From contig OZ245365.1 in the NCBI GenBank assembly GCA_965226495.1, positions 3,040,001 through 3,104,000 of the forward strand: a stretch of 64,000 nucleotides of DNA, given 5' to 3'. Each line of letters opens with the position of its first letter. Position 1 is the stretch's first letter. The notes below the pieces were generated by a model. It saw nothing but the letters and a program-made list of their open reading frames with translations. It was not told the origin of the DNA and did no database searches. This document shows, one piece after another, positions 57,708-64,000 of this stretch. Origin of the DNA: Candidatus Marinacidobacterales bacterium (GTDB taxonomy: Bacteria > Acidobacteriota > Vicinamibacteria > Marinacidobacterales > DATDRI01). The position numbers and the translations under genes were made by a program.

Positions 57708-58567
57708 TCAACGACTTCGAGTTCACGCAGCCGCGGGATGTTCCAGAAGCCCTCAAGGCCTTGACCGAAAAAGGTCGGATCGTGCCGGTTGCCGGCGGTA
57801 CCAACGTTTTGGTCAACATGAAACGCGCCCCCTTGGAGGCCGACCTCGTCGTTGATTTGACCCGGCTCGAAGCCTTGCAACCGATTTCGAGTGACAACGG
57901 AACCATCCGTCTCGGAGCGGGTGTCTCGTTCGCTCGCCTCCTCGAATGGAGCCCGGGTGGTGCGATCGAAGGGCTGATGCGACCGATGTGCGTCGCATTC
58001 GCTGGCCCGCTCATCCGCAACCTGGCGACGGTGGGCGGAAACATCTGCGACGCGTCTCCGGCCGCCGACGTGTCTCCTCCCCTTCTCGCGCTCGATGCCA
58101 GCGTAAATTTGGAAAGCGCTTCAGGCGGATCACGCTCGCTCGCCCTGCCGGAATTCTTCCAAGGGGTCCGCAAGACGGGACGACGCGCCGATGAGTTGGT
58201 CACGAGCATCGAGTTCACGAAACCCGATGACGATGAGCACTGGTTCTACTACAAGCTCGGCAAGCGCAAGGCCGATGCGATCTCGATCGTCAGCATCGCT
58301 ATGACGGTGAAGCTCTCACGAGGTAAAGTAGAGAGGGCACGGATCGCCTTGGGTGCGGTGGCGCCGGTGGCCGTGCGCTCTCCCGAGGCCGAAGGGGTTC
58401 TTCGCGGCGAGGCATTGAGCGATACCATCATCGCCGCCGCAGCGGCAGCTGCTGCTAAGGAATCGCGGCCGATCGACGATTTCCGGGCGAGCGGTAACTA
58501 CCGGCGGCAGATGGTAGAGGTTCTGGTGAAAAGAGGCCTCAAGGCAATCGCGCGGCGGGACAAATGA
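57704..58567 (+). CDS. FAD-binding subunit of molybdenum hydroxylase (CoxM/XdhB-like)
   Basis: AGGTN, IRNLATVGGN....SPAAD, IALGAVAP, PIDDFRAS..YR; ATGA-coupled. Confidence 0.92.
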   Translation: MINDFEFTQPRDVPEALKALTEKGRIVPVAGGTNVLVNMKRAPLEADLVVDLTRLEALQPISSDNGTIRLGAGVSFARLLEWSPGGAIEGLMRPMCVAFAGPLIRNLATVGGNICDASPAADVSPPLLALDASVNLESASGGSRSLALPEFFQGVRKTGRRADELVTSIEFTKPDDDEHWFYYKLGKRKADAISIVSIAMTVKLSRGKVERARIALGAVAPVAVRSPEAEGVLRGEALSDTIIAAAAAAAAKESRPIDDFRASGNYRRQMVEVLVKRGLKAIARRDK

Positions 58568-58593
58568 CCCCATAAGTGGGAGTTAGTTTTTCC

Positions 58594-60582
58594 ATGCTCA
58601 CATCGCACTTGAGTAAAATCATCTTTGGATCGGCAGCGGCATTGGGTGCTTGGCTCCTATTCGCGCCTCCCTCGACGGGACAAAGCGCCACCCCGCTCGC
58701 CGAAAAGTACAAACGGTTTCTCGAGGGGTCGGCCTCCTACCTCATGACCGACCAAGAGGAAGAGGTCTTCGAAATACTCAAGACCGATGGGGAACGCGAT
58801 CGGTTCATCGCTTCCTTTTGGGAGGTGCGGGATCCCACGCCGGACACGACCCGCAACGAGTTCCGCGACGAGTACGAGGAAAGGACCAAGGAGACCAACA
58901 AGCTCTTCCGCGGCTACGGGCGGGAAGGGTGGAGAACGGAGCGGGGTCGTACCTACCTTCTGCTAGGGCCGCCCCACGAGCGAAGGGCCTTCGACCAGGC
59001 CCGAGATCTTTATCCGATGGACCTATGGTTTTATCAGACGTCGGACCCCGCTCTGCCAGACTTCTTCTACCTCTTGTTCTACCGAAAGGGCGGTGCCGGT
59101 CACTATCGCCTCTGGAACATGATCAATGACGGCCCGCAAGCCTTGCTCGCGGCGACCTGGGCCCCGGGCGCCGTCCGAGGTCAATTAGATCCCTATTTCC
59201 AGAAGGTCGACACCGATCTCTACCAGGCCGTGGTCGCACCGATCCCAGGTGAGCCGCGTTCCTCCCAGGCCTTTTCGCAACAGGAGATTCTCGCCGTCAT
59301 CGAAGACTATCCCAACCAAAGCATGAACCCCGAGTTCCGAGGCCGCTACGAGCCGGGAAGCGCCATCGTCGACGTGGACTACATGTTCCGTAAGATGGAT
59401 TTGGCTACCCTCGTCGCTCTGCTGCCTTCCGAAAACGGACCCTTCATTCATTACGCACTCGAGATGCCCGCCGAGGACGGCAGATTCAATCAATATGAAT
59501 CGACGTACTACACGGTTTACGACGTCGAGGTCATCGTCGAGACACCGGACGGCAAAACGGTCTATCAAATCCAGGACAAACGAGAAATCGAAGTCGGGGA
59601 AAGTGCTTGGGAGGACGCCAGGATGCGGCCGATAAGCCTCCACGGACGCCTACCCATTGTGCCGGGCGAGTTCGTGCTCCGCTTCCTGGTACGCAGCCGC
59701 ACCGGGCATATCTTCGATACCTTTGAGACATCGATTCGCGTACCCGAAGAGATCGATGTGTCCCACATTGTTCCGGCGGGCTTCTTTCAGCGGCGAGAAC
59801 AATTCGGGAGCCAGCTCGCGTTCCATTTCCGTGACGCCATTCCGGTACCCCATCCGACCGCGATCTACCGTCCGGGCGGCTCTCTGCGCGCTTTCCTTGT
59901 GGTGATACCCTCCGAAGCGAAAGAACTGCTGCAAGTTAAGGGCGAAATCATGTACGGCGAGGAAGTCCTCCACATAGTGAACCAGGAATTCCCGGGAGGG
60001 ACACCTGGTCGACCGGCTCTCATGGCACTCGAGATCGGCCTCCGAAGCTCCCTCATGCCTGGCGACCATCGTTTGGAGCTCGAGCTGAGCTCGGGGCAAA
60101 AGCGCACCCTACCGTTTACCGTCGAGCTTGGCCCGGAGCTGGTACCGCCTTTGGTCAACAGTCCTGCCGAAACACCGAATGCCAGTGGTCTGTGGAATGT
60201 GGAGCGAGCCAAACAACACATCGCTCTGGGACAAAACCTCGCCGCGCTCGAATCTCTCGAGAACGCCGTCGAACGGACGCCGGACTTGGAGTCGGCCCGA
60301 CTCCAACTGGGCGTCCTGGCGTTGGGCCTCGGTCAACCCGAACGGGCACTGGACGGTATCGTGCCGGGCTTGATGAATGATCCGTTCCACTACGACATGC
60401 TCGTCCTCGCCGGCTATGCATCCGACCAACTCCGGCAGCTCGACCAGGCAGTGAAATACTACGAGCGCGCTCGCGCTGCAGAGCAACCGGACGAAAGGCT
60501 CCTTCAGGCTCTCGCATCCTTGTACGAAAAGCTCGGCGAATTAGAGAAGGCAGCAGCGGTGCGGCAAGAGATATCTGACTAG
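58594..60582 (+). CDS. GWxTD domain-containing protein with C-terminal TPRs
   Basis: FW..RDPTP.T.RNEF..EY..R, GWRTERGR.Y...GPP, W.Y; signal peptide; TPR helices at the C-terminus. Confidence 0.88.
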   Translation: MLTSHLSKIIFGSAAALGAWLLFAPPSTGQSATPLAEKYKRFLEGSASYLMTDQEEEVFEILKTDGERDRFIASFWEVRDPTPDTTRNEFRDEYEERTKETNKLFRGYGREGWRTERGRTYLLLGPPHERRAFDQARDLYPMDLWFYQTSDPALPDFFYLLFYRKGGAGHYRLWNMINDGPQALLAATWAPGAVRGQLDPYFQKVDTDLYQAVVAPIPGEPRSSQAFSQQEILAVIEDYPNQSMNPEFRGRYEPGSAIVDVDYMFRKMDLATLVALLPSENGPFIHYALEMPAEDGRFNQYESTYYTVYDVEVIVETPDGKTVYQIQDKREIEVGESAWEDARMRPISLHGRLPIVPGEFVLRFLVRSRTGHIFDTFETSIRVPEEIDVSHIVPAGFFQRREQFGSQLAFHFRDAIPVPHPTAIYRPGGSLRAFLVVIPSEAKELLQVKGEIMYGEEVLHIVNQEFPGGTPGRPALMALEIGLRSSLMPGDHRLELELSSGQKRTLPFTVELGPELVPPLVNSPAETPNASGLWNVERAKQHIALGQNLAALESLENAVERTPDLESARLQLGVLALGLGQPERALDGIVPGLMNDPFHYDMLVLAGYASDQLRQLDQAVKYYERARAAEQPDERLLQALASLYEKLGELEKAAAVRQEISD

Positions 60583-60585
60583 CCT

Positions 60586-60762
60586 ATGAAGTCAACGCAA
60601 CAACCCATTGTTCCGCTTGTGGTGGACGACTCCCTGTGGACGCGACTTTGGCATTTCCTGCCGCCGGCCTTTCTATACGCCGTGCGCCACCTCACCACCG
60701 GCACCGCGATTCGATTCCGTCGACGCTACCTGAAGTGGAAGGGAAAAAAATACTACATATGA
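60586..60762 (+). CDS. Small basic hypothetical protein (58 aa; below ORF-track cutoff)
   Basis: MKSTQQPIVPLVVDDSLWTRLWHFLPPAFLYAVRHLTTGTAIRFRRRYLKWKGKKYYI*; fills the gap between two same-strand genes (3 and 10 nt spacing). Confidence 0.55.
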   Translation: MKSTQQPIVPLVVDDSLWTRLWHFLPPAFLYAVRHLTTGTAIRFRRRYLKWKGKKYYI

Positions 60763-60772
60763 GGGCGATGCC

Positions 60773-61753
60773 GTGAAACTGAAGTCAAAGCCTCCAGCCG
60801 AGTCGGATTTCGTGTATCGAAGTTTGCCTCCCTCGGGCAATAAGCTCAACGGCCTGGGCGAGACGGTACCTCGACGAGCGAGCTACGTCTTTCACTCCAA
60901 CGCCAAAACCGGTCCGCTTCCCTGGGACATCATGCAAGCCCATTTTCGCTACACCTATCCGGGGTGGATGCTGCCGGAGCTTCTGACGAGCATGTGGTTG
61001 GCGTTTCGCCCCCAAGGTAAGGTTGCTAGCCAGCGGCGGGAGGTCAACGATCCCGCGGCGATGGCGGCCGAGATCAAAGCGAAGGCAAAAGAGTTGGGGG
61101 CAGGTATCGTCGGAATCTGCAAGATGCGCGATGAGTTCCTGATCGAGGGGACTAGCTCGCCCTATCGCTACGTCATCGCGATGGGTCTACCGATGGACCG
61201 CGAGATCATGTTGGAGGCACCGCGCCTCAAAGCGGGGCGAGAAGTGTTGAGAGTGTACCGTCGCTGCTCGAGACTCACGGTGGACCTGGCGCGCCACATC
61301 CGCTCGATGGGATGGCCGGCGCAGGGGCTGCCCATCAACAGCAGCGGTGAGTACCTACATATCCCCATGGCGACCGCGGCCGGCCTCGGTGAGCTAGGCA
61401 AGCATGGCTCGCTAATATCGAAGGAGTATGGCTCGAATTTCCGGCTCACGTCGGTCGTCACCGACCTACCGATGGCGCTGGATGAACCCGTCGATATCGG
61501 CGTCGAGGACTTGTGCACCCGGTGTCGGGCCTGCACGGTCGAATGCCCGCCGGACGCTCTCTCCGATGAGAAGCAATGGGTACGGGGCACCCAGAAATGG
61601 TACGTGGACTTCGATCGCTGCGTGCCGTACTTCAGCGACAACTACGGCTGCTCGATTTGTCTCGAGGTTTGTCCGTGGTCGGAACCGGACCGGGGACCGG
61701 GCCTCTCGGAAAAGCTTCTTTCCCTGCGCTCCAAGACTGCTCAAACAGCCTGA
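60773..61753 (+). CDS. Reductive dehalogenase / epoxyqueuosine reductase-like cobalamin-binding 2x[4Fe-4S] protein
   Basis: AKELGA..VGI, AAGLGELGKHG.LI..EYG..FRL..V.TDLP, CxxCxxCxxxCP and C..(x)..CxxCxxxCPW. Confidence 0.85.
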   Translation: MKLKSKPPAESDFVYRSLPPSGNKLNGLGETVPRRASYVFHSNAKTGPLPWDIMQAHFRYTYPGWMLPELLTSMWLAFRPQGKVASQRREVNDPAAMAAEIKAKAKELGAGIVGICKMRDEFLIEGTSSPYRYVIAMGLPMDREIMLEAPRLKAGREVLRVYRRCSRLTVDLARHIRSMGWPAQGLPINSSGEYLHIPMATAAGLGELGKHGSLISKEYGSNFRLTSVVTDLPMALDEPVDIGVEDLCTRCRACTVECPPDALSDEKQWVRGTQKWYVDFDRCVPYFSDNYGCSICLEVCPWSEPDRGPGLSEKLLSLRSKTAQTA

Positions 61754-61760
61754 AACAGAA

Positions 61761-61847
61761 AAACGGGGACAGGAGATCGATTCTTCATCCTTTACTCCCT
61801 CTCCCTCTGGGAGAGGGCCGGTCGGATTCGATCCCCCGTCCCCGTTT
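61761..61847. terminator. Large imperfect inverted repeat between convergent genes, enclosing a BoxC/REP-like hairpin
   Basis: AAACGGGGACAGGAGATCGA pairs with TCGATCCCCCGTCCCCGTTT; inner CCCTCTCCC-TCT-GGGAGAGGG at 61797-61817. Confidence 0.6.
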
Positions 61848-61849
61848 CG

Positions 61850-62464
61850 CTATTTCTGCAAAGCTTCGTGGACTCGGCCTACCAATTCGGGGCCCGGAGT
61901 CAATGTTTGATCTCCTTCGTCCTTCCATTTGGAAGGACAAGCCTCGGCCTGTTTCTTCGCGAGGTACAGATTGGCCTTGAATTTCCTCATCAGCTCGTCG
62001 ATGTTTCGTCCCATGTTGAAGAAATTCACCTCTGAGTTGAGAAGGGTGCCCTCGGGGTTGATGATGAAGGTTCCCCGGAGAGCCAATCCCGCGCCTTCCT
62101 CGTAAACACCGAACATCCGGGACACCTTGCCCGTCGGGTCGGCGCCCATCGGATATTTGACGTTCACCAATTCTTTTTCGTGCCGTTGCCACGCCAGATG
62201 CACGAACTGCGTGTCGCAGCTAACCGTGACGAGCTCCGCACCCATCTTCTTGAAGCGATCGTACTGCTCTGCCAGAGCAGCAAATTCGGTCGCTCAGACG
62301 AATGTGAAGTCGGCGGGATAGAAGAACAGGATAGTCCATTTATTTTGTGACTTGAGACCGTCGAGACTGATGGTCCCGAAATCTCCCTTCACTGGATCGA
62401 ACGTGGCGAGCTCGAAATTGGGCACCGGATGCCCAACTAGTAGCCCGTTTCCGGATTCACTCAT
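61850..62464 (-). CDS. ahpC: Selenocysteine-containing peroxiredoxin (AhpC/Prx1 type), 204 aa
   Basis: ATG 62464 after AAGGAGG; WTILFFYPADFTFV-UGA-ATEF, with UGA (62294-62296) at the peroxidatic Cys; frame continues to RGTFII, GRN and the resolving EACP. Confidence 0.9.
62255..62293 (-). promoter_or_regulatory. Bacterial SECIS-like stem-loop
   Basis: Directly 3' of UGA: lower stem GCGACCG/CGAUCGC, upper stem CUGCUC/GAGCAG, G-containing apical loop about 19 nt from UGA. Confidence 0.75.
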
Positions 62465-62588
62465 TCCATTTCCTCCTTGAGTTACCTCTCGAGTTCAGCC
62501 TCGTATCATAACTCAATTGAACAGTCCTCCTACGCCCAAAGTGAGCGCTTCGTCATACCTGGCAGGCATCGAGAAAATCCCTGACCTG

Positions 62589-63666
62589 TCAAGAAGTAAA
62601 GGGCCTAATTCGTGAGCACAGGTAGCCCACGAAATACGTCGTAATGGCCCCCAACCGCGACGTTCCACGTCCAGGCCAAAGGCGTCAGAAGGCCGATCAG
62701 CGTGGGCGCAATGAAACCCGCCAACATTCCAACCAGGGGTCCCTGCCGAGGTAGCCCGACGGCTCGAGACGCCGAGCAAGAAAGCACCCACCGTGGGACC
62801 CGACGCGTAGGACAAAGCCGCGAGTCCGGCCTCGAGTGCAGACGAAGCCCGTTGCGCCAACAAGGCGACAATCGCTTGCGCCACCCCCCAGAAGACGGTG
62901 AACATCCGACCCAGGCGTATCTGCTGTGCTTCCCCTGCCCCAGGGTTCAGGTACGGGATGTAGAAATCCTTGAGCGTCGTCGAGGCGAGGCTGTTCAAAG
63001 AGGGAGACAAGGCCGCCGCCACCACCGCCGCCAAGATGAAGCCAGTCCAGGCTCCCGGGAGCTCGTTGGCAATGAACGTCGGAAGGACTTCGTCCCCTCT
63101 TACGAACGACTTCCCCCCATAGAAGGACCAAAGGAGAGCCCCGATCAAAAGGAACAGCGCGAATTGACCGAAGACCACGAACCCGGAAAGAACGAGCCCC
63201 CGCCCAGCTTCTCGCGCGCTCCGCGCGGCCAGGAGTCGCTGAACCAGATACTGGTCCGTCCCATGCGTGGCGAGTGTCAAGAACATCCCTCCGATAACTC
63301 CGGACCACAACGTATACGTTTTCCCGGAGTCGAGGGACAGATCGAGGAATTGGGTCTTGCCCGCCTGCGCCGCGGAAGCAACCGACTCCGAGATCCCACC
63401 CGGCAAGGCATGAGCCACCGCGACCAGGACTGCCAAAGCCCCGGCTAGATAAACGAACATCTGAACGACGTCGGTCCAGATAGTGGCCTTTACCCCGCCT
63501 TCTTCTGTGTAGAACACCATCGCCGCCGCTAGCACCAGAATGAAGTAGGGCTCGGGCGCGCCGACCACCACCGCCACCACCAATGCCGCGGTGTGGAGCC
63601 GAATACCGTCGGCCAAGGTTCGATAGACGAGGAAGACGGTTGCCGCCACGTTGCGGACCGATGGAC
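62589..63666 (-). pseudogene. Sodium:solute symporter (SSS) family, 5'-truncated, with two +1 frameshifts
   Basis: YT..GGVKATIWTDVVQ, HGTDQYLVQRLLAA, LNSLAST; removing one base in runs at 62736-62739 and 62648-62652 restores GTLVGMLAG...WTWNVAVGAITTYFVGYLCS..*; N-terminal part absent. Confidence 0.8.
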
Positions 63667-64000
63667 GCCTCGGCGGGTGGCGAGAACCGGATGGGTTTTT
63701 ACATCCGTACCCCGGTCGGCGTGGTCAGCGCAATCTCCCCGTTCAATTTCCCGCTCAACCTGGTCGGACACAAGGTAGCGCCCGCTCTTGCCGCGGGAAA
63801 TACTCTCGTACTCAAACCAGCGACCACCACTCCCCTGACCGCAGTGCGACTCGGCGAGATCCTCATGGAAGCAGGCCTTCCCGACGGTGTCTTCAATCTC
63901 GTCTTCGGCAACGGGGCCACGGTGGGCGATTGGCTGGTCACCGACCCCCGCATCGCTAAGATCACGTTCACGGGAAGTCCCCCGGTTGGTCGGCAGATCA
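63658..64000 (+). pseudogene. Aldehyde dehydrogenase family protein, 5'-truncated, runs off the window end
   Basis: Manual translation PMDASAGGENRMGFYIRTPVGVVSAISPFNFPLNLVGHKVAPALAAGNTLVLKPA...ITFTGSPPVG; begins mid-domain. Confidence 0.85.

Noticed and set aside
52108-58567. Aerobic CO dehydrogenase (coxMSL)
   Set aside because: The loop is SCRCPAG, not AYxCSFR; S and L are fused; no coxDEFG genes
60773-61753. Organohalide-respiration rdhAB
   Set aside because: No Tat signal, no 3-TM RdhB, and the protein is short
62294-62296. Nonsense mutation making the peroxiredoxin a pseudogene
   Set aside because: UGA falls exactly on the catalytic Cys, a SECIS-like hairpin follows, and the rest of the gene is intact
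62648-62739. Programmed frameshifting or phase variation in the SSS gene
   Set aside because: Two single-base extras in short 4-5 nt homopolymers of an already truncated gene are more likely sequencing error or decay
109-63971. Numerous 60-360 aa antisense or alternative-frame ORFs in the track (e.g. 3993-5063, 19881-20900, 27977-29074, 45498-46571, 52233-53183)
   Set aside because: Arg/Pro/Gly-rich shadow ORFs of high-GC coding genes with no recognisable motifs
1-64000. tRNA, rRNA, integrase or transposase genes
   Set aside because: None recognisable by eye; intergenic gaps are short and island boundaries cannot be defined from this window

Overview
GC-rich bacterial DNA, gene-dense, with no rRNA, tRNA, CRISPR array or transposase. 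The gene content (Oar-type TonB-dependent receptors, a GWxTD protein, a sulfatase-like/TPR protein) suggests Acidobacteriota; this is inference. Most of 1-58.6 kb is a catabolic island built from repeated paralogs: 3 TonB-dependent receptors (two are a collinear 3.25-kb mosaic duplication), 2 NCS1 permeases, 2 ATP-dependent hydantoinase/oxoprolinase systems (one with two B subunits, one resembling caprolactamase), 5 amidohydrolases, 4 RNase Z/AtsA-type MBL hydrolases (2 Tat-exported) and 3 xanthine-dehydrogenase-family Mo subunits. Two of the Mo subunits carry an unusual Cys-rich active-site loop (CGSCRCP). The right end encodes a GWxTE/TPR protein, an uncalled 58-aa ORF, a reductive-dehalogenase/QueG-like Fe-S protein, and a peroxiredoxin with in-frame UGA at the catalytic Cys plus a SECIS-like hairpin (predicted selenoprotein). 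There is also an XRE/nucleotidyltransferase type IV TA-like pair and several deletion scars and frameshifts, which may be real decay or assembly artefacts.
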